DNA of 64,000 nt. Origin: Vulcanimicrobiales bacterium. Lineage in GTDB: Bacteria; Vulcanimicrobiota; Vulcanimicrobiia; Vulcanimicrobiales; Vulcanimicrobiaceae. A model generated the notes under the pieces. The model worked only from the letters and a program-made list of their open reading frames with translations. It was not told the origin of the DNA and ran no database searches. Made by a program: the position numbers and the translations under genes. Where the stretch lies: contig JBBQQR010000001.1 in NCBI GenBank assembly GCA_038215615.1, positions 96,001 through 160,000 on the forward strand, read 5' to 3'. Positions 10,036 through 20,660 of the stretch are shown here, one piece after another (within the stretch, counting starts at the first letter, position 1; the number at the start of each line of letters is the position of its first letter).

Positions 10036-10785
10036 ATGCCGAAGGTTCCATTTCCGAAAAGCAAGGTGAGCAGGGCGACGGCCGAACGCGAGCTGGCGAT
10101 CCTGGAAAGAACGTATCCGCACGCCGTCACGGCGCTGCACTATTCGAACCCATTCGAACTTCTCATCGCGGTGATTCTTTCGGCGCAGTGCACCGACGTT
10201 CGCGTGAATCTGGCGACTCCGGCGCTGTTTGCCAAATATCCGACGGCGGAGAAGCTCGCAAAAGCCAAACAGAGCGACGTTGAGCGGCTGACCCGGTCAT
10301 GCGGTTTTTTCCGAATGAAATCCAAGAATATCATCAACGCTGCGCGCGCCTTAGCCGAGCAGCACGCCGGCGCGGTTCCTTCGCAGCGCGAAGAGCTCGA
10401 AGCGCTGGCGGGCGTCGGAAGAAAGACGGCGAGCGTGGTTATGTCGGTTGCGTTCGAGCAAGCCGCCATCGCGGTGGACACGCACGTCTTTCGCGTCGCC
10501 CACCGCCTGGGGCTAACACTCGGAAAAACCCCGCGCGACGTGGAGCAAGATCTGCAAAAGATCGTCCCGCGCGAGCAATGGCGCCACGCGCATCATTGGC
10601 TGATCATGCACGGGCGCGCGATTTGCAAAGCTCCGGTTCCGCGGTGCGGAGAATGTCCCGTGAACGAGATCTGCCCGACGCCGAGAATTCTCGCTAGAAG
10701 CTTAACGGCCCGGGCCCTTGCAAGTGCGGCGGGGGCTCCAAAACCTCGTCCGCGGCGATCAGCTGCAGCAAAGAAGAGGCGGTAA
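10036..10785 (+). CDS. nth: Endonuclease III
   Basis: ILSAQCTD, GVGRKTA HhH, VDTHVFRV, C-x6-C-x2-C-x5-C Fe-S motif. Confidence 0.95.
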   Translation: MPKVPFPKSKVSRATAERELAILERTYPHAVTALHYSNPFELLIAVILSAQCTDVRVNLATPALFAKYPTAEKLAKAKQSDVERLTRSCGFFRMKSKNIINAARALAEQHAGAVPSQREELEALAGVGRKTASVVMSVAFEQAAIAVDTHVFRVAHRLGLTLGKTPRDVEQDLQKIVPREQWRHAHHWLIMHGRAICKAPVPRCGECPVNEICPTPRILARSLTARALASAAGAPKPRPRRSAAAKKRR

Positions 10786-11206
10786 GGGCCTCGCCGTAGC
10801 CGGCCTCGGTTGAAATCTTCGAAAGATTGATGAGCGACGGCGTCTGCGCGCCCGGATCGAATTGCCATTCTCCGTCCAAACCTAGGCCGGAGACGCGCAC
10901 GAGTTGATGGACTTCGTCGAGATCCAAACTGACGCGTTTGTCGGCAAAGCGCAAACGCAAACGCAGCGGATGCAGAATCTTCACGAATTTCATGCCGCTG
11001 CGTCCGAGAATCGCGTTGAGGCGTTTCGCGCCGGCGGCGAGCCGCTCTCCGAAGGCGTCGAGAGCCTGTTCCGCGTCCTCAAATGGCACCGGCCCCTCGT
11101 CGATACCGTCGGCGGCACGTGCGATCTCCCGGCGGGCGCGAATGCGCGTCGCCGCTTCCACTATCGGATTCTGCTGCGTGAACTTCTCTTCAAAGGGGTT
11201 GGGCAT
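10694..11206 (-). CDS. Hypothetical protein (170 aa)
   Basis: Protein-like ORF from ATG 11206 (MPNPFEEKF...) with GAGG upstream; overlaps the nth tail convergently. Confidence 0.65.
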   Translation of the reverse strand: MPNPFEEKFTQQNPIVEAATRIRARREIARAADGIDEGPVPFEDAEQALDAFGERLAAGAKRLNAILGRSGMKFVKILHPLRLRLRFADKRVSLDLDEVHQLVRVSGLGLDGEWQFDPGAQTPSLINLSKISTEAGYGEALTASSLLQLIAADEVLEPPPHLQGPGPLSF

Positions 11207-11254
11207 TGGAGGTACCTCAAGTATTCGCGGCGCCTTTCGGTGAACTCCGCTTCC

Positions 11255-11617
11255 ATGCTTCGCCGGTTTCTCGCTGCACTGCCGCTGCTCGCGCTGCTCT
11301 GCGGCGCGCCGGCCGCCGCGCAATTGTCGCTCGACCAGGTTTTCGGCGTTCATCCGCCCTGGGGAATGCAGCCCTCACGCATCACGTGGGCGCCTGACAG
11401 CAGCGCATTTTTGTACGTAATGGCAACTCAGGATCCGTTTCAACCCGAGCCGATACACCTGTATGACCTGCGCGCGCGCGCCGATCGCATAGTGATCGAT
11501 CCGCGTGCATACGGCAAAGGTGCGGGAACACCGCGCCGTACGCATAGCATCGCGGGAATCGCGCAGCGACGCCATCTCTACGGTCACATGCTCCAATGGT
11601 GGCGCAAACATCTATGA
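11255..11617 (+). pseudogene. Truncated N-terminal fragment of a secreted DPP IV-like (S9B) peptidase
   Basis: Signal peptide, LSLDQVF and ITWAPDSSAFLY propeller start; ends after 120 aa with no catalytic domain. Confidence 0.6.
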
Positions 11618-12408
11618 GCGACGTTCCGGAGTTCAAAGTCGTCGTCGATACGCCGGGCTGGCACAAGATCAAGCCCCGCATTCCCGACACGCCACAGCGC
11701 CGGCACTTGGAGCAGCAGCGCCGCGTTCGCGAGTTTGTCTTCGGCGCCAAAGACGGCATCCTGACGACGATGGGTGTGGTCACCGGTGTTGGCGTTGCTT
11801 CGGGTGGGCGAGTTTCGGTGCTGGTGAGCGGACTCGTGGCGCTGATTGCGGGCGCGCTCTCGATGGCCGTCGGTGAATATCAGGGAAGTAAATCGGAGCG
11901 GGAAGTCGTGCGCAAATCCATCGAGATGGAGAAGCGCGAGATGGCGGAGAACCCCAAAGACGAGTTCGCCGAACTCGTTGCATACTACAAGCTCAAAGGC
12001 TTCAGCGCCGACGAGGCGCATCTGATCGTCTCGCGCCTGGCTAAGAACCCTGAAATCTACTTGTACGAAATGATGCGCGACGAGTTCGGAATCGATCCGC
12101 GCATCGCCGAATCATCCGACGTTGTACCCGCGCTGGCTATGGGCTCGTCATATGCGGCCGGATCGCTGATTCCGATTCTGCCCTATTTCGCGGCCGGGCT
12201 GGCCCCTTCGCAAGCGGTCTTTATCAGCTTCGCGTTCGCGTTAGTGGGTTTGTTCGGCATCGGCGTGTATGCCGGCAGTATGAGCGCGCGAAACAAATGG
12301 CTGCGCGGCCTCGAGATCGCATTTTACGGCTCGATCGTTTTCGCGCTGTCGTTTGTGGCCGGACATTTCGTCCCGCCGCTGTTTCACCAGAAAGCGGCCG
12401 GCTTCTAA
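11614..12408 (+). CDS. VIT1/CCC1 family iron/manganese transporter
   Basis: VFGAKDGILTT, AGALSMAVGEY, acidic cytoplasmic EREVVRKSIEME region. Confidence 0.9.
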   Translation: MSDVPEFKVVVDTPGWHKIKPRIPDTPQRRHLEQQRRVREFVFGAKDGILTTMGVVTGVGVASGGRVSVLVSGLVALIAGALSMAVGEYQGSKSEREVVRKSIEMEKREMAENPKDEFAELVAYYKLKGFSADEAHLIVSRLAKNPEIYLYEMMRDEFGIDPRIAESSDVVPALAMGSSYAAGSLIPILPYFAAGLAPSQAVFISFAFALVGLFGIGVYAGSMSARNKWLRGLEIAFYGSIVFALSFVAGHFVPPLFHQKAAGF

Positions 12409-12435
12409 AAAAAAGCGCAGCTTGCGCTGCGCTTT
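12407..12435 (-). terminator. Intrinsic terminator (possibly bidirectional)
   Basis: AAAGCGCAGC-ttgc-GCTGCGCTTT perfect hairpin with an A8 run (U-tract on the minus strand) between convergent genes. Confidence 0.8.
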
Positions 12436-12460
12436 AGGTATCAAATAAAGACGGGTTGTT

Positions 12461-12739
12461 TTACGGTTTCTTGGTGGGTTTCGGTTTGGGCATCGGTTTC
12501 TTGGTGGGTTTCGGGGTCGGCTTGCCGGGTTTCATGCCCTTGCGGCTCGTCTTGGTGCGCTTAGGCGCTTTCTTGGGTGCCGCTTTGGCGGTCGATTTGG
12601 CCGTCGACTTCGCGGTCGACTTGTCCATGGACTTGGTGGCTTTCGTCGTGGTCTTCATGGCTTTTGACTGCGGGGCGGCCAGAGCCGTGCCGGTCAAAAG
12701 GAAAGCCGCCGCGGTCATTGATGCGAGTAGCTTCTTCAA
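12461..12739 (-). CDS. Small secreted Lys/Thr/Pro-rich basic protein
   Basis: AAAGGAGG SD before TTG start, signal peptide ending ALA, KSTA and KPT repeats, downstream terminator. Confidence 0.85.
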   Translation of the reverse strand: MKKLLASMTAAAFLLTGTALAAPQSKAMKTTTKATKSMDKSTAKSTAKSTAKAAPKKAPKRTKTSRKGMKPGKPTPKPTKKPMPKPKPTKKP

Positions 12740-12842
12740 AATGCGTTCCTCCTTTCCCTAAAAGTAGCACCGGACTTCCATAAAGGAAGCCGGGCGGAGC
12801 GGTAACGTTTCGCCCTCCGGAAAGTGCCCCTCTGCGGAGAAA

Positions 12843-13985
12843 CTAGCCCTTCCAGCGCCCCACGAGCGCCCGCGAAATCACCAGGCGCTGGATCTGTTGG
12901 GTGCCTTCATAAATCTGCGTGATCTTAGCGTCGCGCATCATGCGTTCGACCGGATAGTCCACTGAGTATCCGTAACCGCCCAATACTTGCACGGCGTCGG
13001 TCGTCACCCGCATTGCGACATCGCCGCATTTCAGCTTGCACATCGCCGCCCATAGCGTCACGTCGTCGGACTCTTGGTCGCACTTGCGTGCCGCTTCGTA
13101 AAGCAGAAGCCGCGACGCTTCAACTTCGGTCTTCATGTCCGCGAGCATAAATCCGACGCCTTGCTGCTGCCCGATGGGTTTGCCGAACGCCATTCGCTCT
13201 TGCGCGTACTTGGTAGCGTACTCGAGCGCGCCTTGGGCGATGCCCAGCGCTTGCGCGGCAATTCCGGGGCGCGATTTGTCGAGCACTTTCATCGCGATCT
13301 TGAAACCGTCGCCTTCGGGACCGATCAGATTGGCGGCGGGAACTTCGCAGTTGTCGAAAACGAGTTCGACCGTCGGTGAGCCGCGGATGCCCATTTTTTT
13401 CTCGATTTTGCCAACCTGGAAACCTGGAAATGTTTTTTCCACAAGAAATGCGCTGATGCCGTTGGCGCCTTTTTTCGGATCGGTGACCGCGAATACGCAG
13501 ACGGCGTCGGCCACACTGCCGTTGGTGATCCAGATTTTCTGGCCGTTCAGGATGTACTTGTCGCCGCGTTTTTCGGCGCGCGTCCGCATAGAGCCGGCCG
13601 CGTCGGAACCGCTCCCGGCTTCGGTCAGCGCGTAGGCGGCGATCCATTCGCCCGACGCAAGTTTGGGAAGATATTTCTCTTTCTGTTCGGGCGTGCCGGC
13701 GATCAGCACCGGCAGCATGGCTAGTTCTTGGACCGCGACGATGAGCGAGCTCGATGCGCACGCTTTTGCAACTTCTTCGACGACTCTTACGTAGGTGAGG
13801 AAGCTGCCGCCCAGGCCGCCGTATTCGACCGGTATCGGAATGCCGAGCATGTCGTTTTCCGCGAACAGTTTGCGGATATCTTGCGGAAACTCGCCCCGGC
13901 TGTCGATCTCCGCCGCGCGCGGTGCGACTTTTTCGGCAACGAGCTCGCGAACCGCCGCGATTATTTGTGCATCTTCGTCGGGCAT
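12843..13985 (-). CDS. Acyl-CoA dehydrogenase
   Basis: ALTEAGSGSDA, LNGQKIWITNG, QVLGGYGY, IYEGTQQIQ. Confidence 0.95.
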   Translation of the reverse strand: MPDEDAQIIAAVRELVAEKVAPRAAEIDSRGEFPQDIRKLFAENDMLGIPIPVEYGGLGGSFLTYVRVVEEVAKACASSSLIVAVQELAMLPVLIAGTPEQKEKYLPKLASGEWIAAYALTEAGSGSDAAGSMRTRAEKRGDKYILNGQKIWITNGSVADAVCVFAVTDPKKGANGISAFLVEKTFPGFQVGKIEKKMGIRGSPTVELVFDNCEVPAANLIGPEGDGFKIAMKVLDKSRPGIAAQALGIAQGALEYATKYAQERMAFGKPIGQQQGVGFMLADMKTEVEASRLLLYEAARKCDQESDDVTLWAAMCKLKCGDVAMRVTTDAVQVLGGYGYSVDYPVERMMRDAKITQIYEGTQQIQRLVISRALVGRWKG

Positions 13986-14046
13986 GCGCCGCTTGTTCGG
14001 CGGCCGCCAGGGTTTCCCCACGCAAAAAGCCTATGACGCCAAACGG

Positions 14047-14802
14047 ATGGATAAAGTAATCGCCACGTGCGCCGAGGCGCTCAAAGATATTCCCAGCGGC
14101 GCTTCGATCGCGGTCGGCGGGTTTGGCCTCAACGGCATTCCGTTTAACCTGATCCAGGCGCTTCTCGAGCAGGGCGCCACCGATCTCGTAACGGTTTCCA
14201 ATAATTGCGGCGTGGACGGTTGGGGGCTCGGTGTGCTGCTCGACGCAAAGCGCATCAAGCGGACGACGGGTTCCTATGTCGGTGAGAATCGCGAGTTCGA
14301 GCGTCAGTATCTTCAAGGCGAATTGGAAGTGGAACTCGTTCCGCAAGGAACGCTCGCCGAACGGCTGCGCGCCGGCGGCTGCGGAATTCCGGGGTTTTAC
14401 ACGCCGGCCGGCGTCGGGACGCAAGTCGCCGAGGGTGGACTGCCGTGGCGGCACAACGCCGACGGAAGCATCGCTAAGGAGTCGCCGAAAAAAGAGACGC
14501 GCACATTCGACGGCGTGGATTACGTTCTCGAACGCGGCATCGTTTGTGATTTCGCGCTCGTTCGCGCGAGCATCGGAGACCGGATGGGGAATCTCATCTT
14601 TTCCGAATCGACGCGAAACTTCAACCCGCTCTGCGCGATGGCCGGCAAAATCACGATTGCTGAAGTCGAAGAATTGGTCGAGCCCGGAGAGATCGACCCG
14701 CAGGACGTTCATCTGCAAGGCATCTTCGTGCAGCGCGTGGTCCGCGTGGGCGCAGAAGGCAAGCGCATCGAGCGCATTACAACGCGAAAGAAGACGCAAT
14801 AA
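14047..14802 (+). CDS. scoA: 3-oxoacid CoA-transferase subunit A
   Basis: [33 protein letters not shown]; start at ATG 14047. Confidence 0.92.
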   Translation: MDKVIATCAEALKDIPSGASIAVGGFGLNGIPFNLIQALLEQGATDLVTVSNNCGVDGWGLGVLLDAKRIKRTTGSYVGENREFERQYLQGELEVELVPQGTLAERLRAGGCGIPGFYTPAGVGTQVAEGGLPWRHNADGSIAKESPKKETRTFDGVDYVLERGIVCDFALVRASIGDRMGNLIFSESTRNFNPLCAMAGKITIAEVEELVEPGEIDPQDVHLQGIFVQRVVRVGAEGKRIERITTRKKTQ

Positions 14803-15473
14803 TGCCTTTAACCCGTACGCAACTCGCGGCCCGTGTCGCGCAAGAATTGCGCGACGGCGAGTATATTAATCTCGGCATCGGCCTGCCGACACTGATCCCC
14901 AACTACCTCCCGCCCGGCGTAACCGTCGTGCTGCAGAGCGAGAACGGGATACTCGGAATGGGTCCCTATCCGTTCGAAGGTGAGGAAGACCCCGATCTCA
15001 TCAACGCGAGCAAAGAAACGGTAACCGTGCTCCCGGGCGCCGCATTTTTCGATTCGGCACTTTCGTTTGGTATGATCCGCGGGGGACACATCGATTTGGC
15101 GGTGCTCGGCGCTATGCAAGTCTCCGAAAAAGGCGACCTTGCGAATTGGATGATTCCCGGAAAGTTGGTTAAGGGGATGGGCGGCGCGATGGATCTTGTA
15201 CACGGCGCCAAGTATCTGATCGTCATGATGGAGCACGTCGCCAAAGGCGGCGCGCACAAGATCGTCAAGGAATGTTCGCTGCCGCTCACCGGTAAGGGCG
15301 TCGTCGACCGGATTATCACCGATATGGCGGTCATCGACGTCGAATCGAAGGGACTGATACTTCGGGAACTCGCGCCCGGCGTCACGATCGATGACGTAAG
15401 AAATGCGACGGGCCCCGAACTGCAAGTGCACGCGGAGCCCACCGTGATGAATATCCCCGTAGGCGTAAATTAG
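14802..15473 (+). CDS. scoB: 3-oxoacid CoA-transferase subunit B
   Basis: [13 protein letters not shown] catalytic Glu motif, GMGGAMDLV. Confidence 0.93.
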   Translation: MPLTRTQLAARVAQELRDGEYINLGIGLPTLIPNYLPPGVTVVLQSENGILGMGPYPFEGEEDPDLINASKETVTVLPGAAFFDSALSFGMIRGGHIDLAVLGAMQVSEKGDLANWMIPGKLVKGMGGAMDLVHGAKYLIVMMEHVAKGGAHKIVKECSLPLTGKGVVDRIITDMAVIDVESKGLILRELAPGVTIDDVRNATGPELQVHAEPTVMNIPVGVN

Positions 15474-15540
15474 TTTTTCGAACTTCTGGTGTACTTCGTC
15501 GCTGAATTCGTCGTTGAATTGGTCGTAATCGTGTCGACAG

Positions 15541-17124
15541 CTAGGCTGCTTCGGCTTGGGCAAAGGTCGCGCCCCGCCCTTGTATCCTTGACGCTGCGAA
15601 GACGATCAACGCAAGCGCCTCGCATAGCGCGCATGCAATGCCCGCTACTGCGGCAGGAACGAACGAGCGCGTAATCACGCCGGTGGTTACTGCCGCCGCG
15701 ATCGCCGGAACGGCGAAAACATAGGTTAGAAGGGCTCGCAGCATCGCCAGCGGTCCGCGCTGATCGAGCCCCGACGGTAGGAGCGCATAGAGCGCCAGCC
15801 CGATGCTGCGCAAATACACCGCGATCGCAATGGCAACCGGTATCCCGGCGAGGGCGACCGGATACAATCCGAGCGTTGCCGCGAACGCGATCGTACCTGC
15901 CGCGATACAAACCGACAAACGCCACGACGTCGCCAGCACCCATGCCAACAGGCGCAGCCAAATCGGGTCCGGCCCCATCCACCAAAGCGGTTTGCGGAGA
16001 TCCGCAGCGAGGCCGAAAGATGAAGCGATCGTGATGAAGATGATCACCATGTTGGAGATGCTCGCGGCCATGACAAGCGCTGTTTCCAGCGGATTGCGCG
16101 ATTGTTTTGCAGCGCTGCCGAGAATCGCGCCCACGGCGATACAGCCGGCGAGTCCGATAAAAAACATCCGCTTCGCGCCCGGCGCGCGAGCGAACGCGAT
16201 CCATTCCTTCCATGCGATCGTCCACGCCCCGGACGCACTTTCGAAAAATCTCAATCTCACCGGCCCGCCCAAGCGGTACGCGCGCTCCTCCGTGAGAACG
16301 CCCGGGACCCGGCGGCGGCGCTGGCGGTAAGCCAGAACACGCAGTGACGACGAGTAGAGCTCCGGATAGAGATCGCGCCCGGTGACGAATGACAGTGCAA
16401 GCATCCCCGCGGCGGCGGCGTAAAAAGAACCAATCGCTGCACCGTTGCCGTGAAAGAGCGCGTTGACCGCAAATCCGGCGCCCGACCTTTGAACGCCGGC
16501 GGCCCAACCGGTCAAGCCGGAGTCGAGCAGACTTCCCAGCAGAACGGCAAGCGGCAACAACCCGGCTGCAACAACCGCTGCAGCGAGAGTTTGCGCAACC
16601 CTCGCGCCGGCGATCGCGCGCAACTTTAATACCGGTACCGCGGTGGCCGCGGTAAAGAGCGTCGCGGCGATAATGCTCACGCCTACCACTCCGGTGAGGC
16701 TCACATGCCTGCCCGCGGGAAGCACGAGTGCGTAAAAAAGCACTGCGAGCGCGGTGCGCAAGACAACCGACGCGCAGCGGCGCAGTTGTAGCCACGTTAC
16801 GACCGCGGTTTCCGACAGGTGCGAGCCGCACAAGAAACGGGCATCCGCGGCCGAGGAGAAGACGCCGACAAATCCCGACGCCGCGCCATACATGATAATG
16901 CCCAGCAGCGCGACGAACGCAAACATGATCGCCGATGCGAATGGTTCGGGCACCGTCATTGCAAGCATCGGGGCGCGCGTATGCGCGCGGAAAAAACCCA
17001 TCGTCACAAACCAGCCCGCGATGACGAGATACATGATCGCTCGCCCGGGCTGGCGGAACACGGTCTGCAAGCGGTGCAGAAACTGATGGGAGTCGAGGTA
17101 AGCGAGCGTCAGAAAATCGCTCAC
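15541..17124 (-). CDS. Putative ABC exporter permease (multi-TM)
   Basis: Many hydrophobic segments, WKEW motif; GTG start overlaps the ATPase stop (GTGA). Confidence 0.8.
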   Translation of the reverse strand: MSDFLTLAYLDSHQFLHRLQTVFRQPGRAIMYLVIAGWFVTMGFFRAHTRAPMLAMTVPEPFASAIMFAFVALLGIIMYGAASGFVGVFSSAADARFLCGSHLSETAVVTWLQLRRCASVVLRTALAVLFYALVLPAGRHVSLTGVVGVSIIAATLFTAATAVPVLKLRAIAGARVAQTLAAAVVAAGLLPLAVLLGSLLDSGLTGWAAGVQRSGAGFAVNALFHGNGAAIGSFYAAAAGMLALSFVTGRDLYPELYSSSLRVLAYRQRRRRVPGVLTEERAYRLGGPVRLRFFESASGAWTIAWKEWIAFARAPGAKRMFFIGLAGCIAVGAILGSAAKQSRNPLETALVMAASISNMVIIFITIASSFGLAADLRKPLWWMGPDPIWLRLLAWVLATSWRLSVCIAAGTIAFAATLGLYPVALAGIPVAIAIAVYLRSIGLALYALLPSGLDQRGPLAMLRALLTYVFAVPAIAAAVTTGVITRSFVPAAVAGIACALCEALALIVFAASRIQGRGATFAQAEAA

Positions 17125-17831
17125 TGCGTCAATTCCAAGAACAGATCTTCGGCCGTGCCGTGGGTCGCCGAGCGCGCTTGCAGATCTTCGAACGTCCCGG
17201 AGGCGACGATGCGGCCGTTCTTCAAAATAACGACGCGATCGCAAATCGTCTGCGCCTGCTCGAGCATGTGGGTGCTCATGACGATCGCGGTGCCGCTTGC
17301 GCGCAGATCTTTTATGATCGCTCGCAGTTCGCGCTGGCCAAGCGGGTCGAGTCCGACCATCGGTTCGTCGAACAGGATGACCGGCGAGGCTGCGAGCACC
17401 GTTGCCGCGACTAGGGTTTTTTGCCGCATGCCTTTCGAGAGCGCGGTTCCCAGCGTGTCGCGCTGCGGACTCATTCCGAACCGTTCGAGCAGATCGTTCG
17501 CGCGCGTTTCCCAACCCGCGGGAAGGCGGCAGCTCTTCGCGACGAAGACCAGATGCTCCCAAACAGTGAGCATCGGGTAGACATCGGGCGTTTCCGAAAT
17601 CAGCGCGATGTTTTGGCCGCGCTTGGATCCCAGCTCGCGTCCATCCCAAGAGAAGGTCCCGGCGTCGGGGCGGAGCAGTCCCGCCGCGCACAAGAACGTG
17701 GTGCTTTTTCCGGCGCCATTTGGCCCGAGCAATCCGACGATCTCGCCGCCGCTGACGTTGAACGAAACGTCATCGACCGCGACCGTGCGGCCGTAGGTCT
17801 TGCGCAGGCCTGCGATCGCCAGCTGCGGCAT
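17121..17831 (-). CDS. ABC transporter ATP-binding protein
   Basis: GPNGAGKST, LSKGMRQK, FDEP. Confidence 0.93.
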   Translation of the reverse strand: MPQLAIAGLRKTYGRTVAVDDVSFNVSGGEIVGLLGPNGAGKSTTFLCAAGLLRPDAGTFSWDGRELGSKRGQNIALISETPDVYPMLTVWEHLVFVAKSCRLPAGWETRANDLLERFGMSPQRDTLGTALSKGMRQKTLVAATVLAASPVILFDEPMVGLDPLGQRELRAIIKDLRASGTAIVMSTHMLEQAQTICDRVVILKNGRIVASGTFEDLQARSATHGTAEDLFLELTQ

Positions 17832-19639
17832 CAGGTCGCGATCCTCGTTTCGTCACGGAATTGTTTATTGTACAGACGTGAATACGGACCGTTGCGGGCG
17901 AGCAGCACGGCGTGCGTTCCGCTTTCAACGACACGCCCGTTTTCGACGACAAATATCACGTCGGCGCTGATGATCGTCGAGAGGCGGTGAGCGATGACTA
18001 AGCTCGTGCGCCCGCGCATCAGCGGGACGAGCGCATCTTGGATCGCTGCCTCGCTGTGTGAGTCGAGCGAACTGGTCGCTTCATCCAGGATGAGGATCCG
18101 CGGATTTTTCAACAAGACGCGCGCGATCGCCAGGCGCTGACGCTCGCCGCCGGAGAGTTTGTGTCCGCGCTCGCCCACGACGGTCCGATCGCCTTCGGGC
18201 AGCGACGTGACGAAATCGTCGATATTGGCAGCGCGCGCAGCCGCGCGCAACTCGTCTTCGGTCGCATCGGGCTTGGCGTAGCGAAGATTGTTCGCAATCG
18301 TGTCGTGGAAAAGATAGGTTTCCTGCGTTACAATGCCGATGTCGCGGCGCAGCGATTCCAGCGTCAGCGTTCGCACGTCGTGCCCGTCGATTAAGACTCG
18401 GCCGCCTTGCGGATCGTAGAAGCGAGGAACGAGCTGGGTAATTGTCGTTTTGCCGGCTCCCGAAGGCCCGACGAAAGCGGCGACTTGACCAGGTTCCACC
18501 GTAAAGCTCACGCCGTTTAACGCCGTGCGGTCGTTGCCGTATGAGAACGTCACGTCGTCGAAGCAAATCTCGCCGCGCGCGGTTTCCAACGTAGAGGCGC
18601 CGTCAGGATCGTACTGCTCAGGCGTCATATCGAGGTATCCAAAAATGCGCTCGAAGACCGCGAGCGCGCTCACGATCTGCACTTGAATGCCGGCCAGCGT
18701 CGCGCCCGGTCCGTAAAGCCTGAATTGAATATACTGGACGAATGCGACGACAACGCCGACGTCAATCGCGCCTCTGAGCGCGAGCCATCCTCCGCCGAAC
18801 CACACGATGGCCGGCCCGACCGTCACCATGGCGCCGATGCTCGCGATGAACCACCGTCCCACCATCGCTAACCGGATCTCTAGATTCATCAAATCTGAAC
18901 CGACGCGATAGAAACGGTCGCGCTCGAACGCTTCGCGTGCAAACGACTTGATGAGCGTGATGCCCGAGATCGAGAGTGTTTCTTGCGTGATGGATTCGAT
19001 CTCATCACGTTTCTCGCGCGTCAGACGCCGGACGTTGTACATTCTTCGCCCGACGGGCGCGAGCGGCAATACCATCAGCGGCACGATGATAATGGAGAGC
19101 AGTGCCAAGCGCCAGTTCCACAGAAACATCCAGACGACGGTTGTCGCGATGGTCACGACGTTGGTCACGATCGATGTGAGCGTGCCGGTCACCACGTTGT
19201 CGATGTTGTCGACATCGTTGGAGACGCGGTTCATTATTTCGCCCGTTTTGGTTCCCGTGAAAAATGACAACGGCATCTTGTGCAGATGCGAGACGAGGCT
19301 GGTGCGCATGTCTCGCATGATGCCTTCACCGACGATCGAATTTAAGTAACCTTGAACCACGCCGAATGCGATCGTCACGAGTGCGGAGCCGATGATGACG
19401 GCGACGTCGATGCCAAGTTCACGCAAGCTGCGGCGTGGAATTGCGTTGTCGATAATTCGCGCGACCATGACCGCGGGGATGAGCCCGAGAAGCGCTGCGA
19501 TGACAATGCAAAAGAGAACCGTGGCTTCCGCGCGCCAATAGGGCAAGAAAAATGCGCCGATACGGCGCCAATTGACGCGCAGGTGCATCTTCGGCTTTTC
19601 GCCATACATGTTGCCCCACATGAGATGTCCGCCGAACAT
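17831..19639 (-). CDS. ABC exporter, fused TMD-NBD (MsbA-like)
   Basis: N-terminal TM domain, GPSGAGKTT, LSGGERQR, LDEATS. Confidence 0.94.
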   Translation of the reverse strand: MFGGHLMWGNMYGEKPKMHLRVNWRRIGAFFLPYWRAEATVLFCIVIAALLGLIPAVMVARIIDNAIPRRSLRELGIDVAVIIGSALVTIAFGVVQGYLNSIVGEGIMRDMRTSLVSHLHKMPLSFFTGTKTGEIMNRVSNDVDNIDNVVTGTLTSIVTNVVTIATTVVWMFLWNWRLALLSIIIVPLMVLPLAPVGRRMYNVRRLTREKRDEIESITQETLSISGITLIKSFAREAFERDRFYRVGSDLMNLEIRLAMVGRWFIASIGAMVTVGPAIVWFGGGWLALRGAIDVGVVVAFVQYIQFRLYGPGATLAGIQVQIVSALAVFERIFGYLDMTPEQYDPDGASTLETARGEICFDDVTFSYGNDRTALNGVSFTVEPGQVAAFVGPSGAGKTTITQLVPRFYDPQGGRVLIDGHDVRTLTLESLRRDIGIVTQETYLFHDTIANNLRYAKPDATEDELRAAARAANIDDFVTSLPEGDRTVVGERGHKLSGGERQRLAIARVLLKNPRILILDEATSSLDSHSEAAIQDALVPLMRGRTSLVIAHRLSTIISADVIFVVENGRVVESGTHAVLLARNGPYSRLYNKQFRDETRIAT

Positions 19640-19640
19640 C

Positions 19641-20660
19641 TTATTTCTTGCCGTTGCGGATTGAAGCGAGTTCCTTGAAGAGTTTTTTCTCTTTGTCGGA
19701 AAGATTGGCCGGCAACTGTCCGATAAGCCGGACGTATTGATCGCCAGCGCCGCCGTCGCGCACTTTCGGCATCCCTTTTCCGCTCAAGCGTAAGAGCCGG
19801 TGGCTTTGCGTGCCGGGGGGAATCGTCATCGCGACCTGCCCTGCCATCGTGGGGACCTTCACTTCGCCGCCCAGTGCGAGATCGTAAACGCTGACCGGCA
19901 TGTCGACGTAGAGGTCGTCGCCTTTGCGCTTATATGTCGGATCATCGGCCAATGTGACGATCAGGTACAGCTCGCCGTTAGGACCTCCACCGATTCCGCC
20001 GCCGCCCTGACCGGCCAAACGTATGCGTTGTCCTGCGCGGATGCCGCGCGGTACCGTCACTTCGAATTTTTTCGTCGTGAGCAGCCGGCCCGTGCCGTGG
20101 CATTGCGGACAGAGTGTGCCGCGCTCCGTGCCCGTTCCGCGACAGCGTGGACAGACGTCTTCGAGCTGCAGTGAGATCGATTTCTTTCCGCCGTCGTAAA
20201 TGTCGCGCAGCGAAAGTTCGATCGTCGTTTCGAGATCTTGGCCGCGCTGCGCGAAGCCCGTGCTTTGCGCGGTGGTGCGCCGGCCGACGCCCGAGAAAAA
20301 CATATCGAAGAAGTCTGAAAAGCCGCTAGGCCCCGCGCCCGGCGAAGCTCCGCCGAAGTCGCCGAAATCGTATTGAAACGTCTCGCTTTGCGCATTGCGG
20401 TAGCGGCGCTGCTGTTCGGCTTGGCCGGCAGCCTCTTTCCAGTTGCTGCCGAGCACGTCGTACTTGCGGCGCTTGTCGGAGTCGCCTAAAACCTCATAGG
20501 CTTCTTGGAGGTCTTTGAATTTTTCTTCGGCTTCTTTTTGATTGTTGGGGTTGGCGTCGGGATGCCACTTTTTTGCGAGCTTACGGTACGCCGATTTGAT
20601 GTCTTTTTCGGCCGCGTTTTTGGGAACGCCAAGGATCTGGTAATAATCCTTGTAGTTCAT
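19641..20660 (-). CDS. dnaJ: DnaJ-class co-chaperone (J domain, two CxxCxGxG repeats, C-terminal domain)
   Basis: [12 protein letters not shown] motif, CPRCRGTG and CPQCHGTG; follows grpE. Confidence 0.88.
   Translation of the reverse strand: MNYKDYYQILGVPKNAAEKDIKSAYRKLAKKWHPDANPNNQKEAEEKFKDLQEAYEVLGDSDKRRKYDVLGSNWKEAAGQAEQQRRYRNAQSETFQYDFGDFGGASPGAGPSGFSDFFDMFFSGVGRRTTAQSTGFAQRGQDLETTIELSLRDIYDGGKKSISLQLEDVCPRCRGTGTERGTLCPQCHGTGRLLTTKKFEVTVPRGIRAGQRIRLAGQGGGGIGGGPNGELYLIVTLADDPTYKRKGDDLYVDMPVSVYDLALGGEVKVPTMAGQVAMTIPPGTQSHRLLRLSGKGMPKVRDGGAGDQYVRLIGQLPANLSDKEKKLFKELASIRNGKK

Noticed and set aside
12456..12761. Hydrophobic plus-strand ORF resembling a membrane protein
   Set aside because: It is the antisense of the Lys-rich gene, which has the SD, signal peptide and terminator
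15474..15540. Intergenic stretch translating as [20 protein letters not shown] on the minus strand
   Set aside because: Protein-like but has no independent start and is too short to assign
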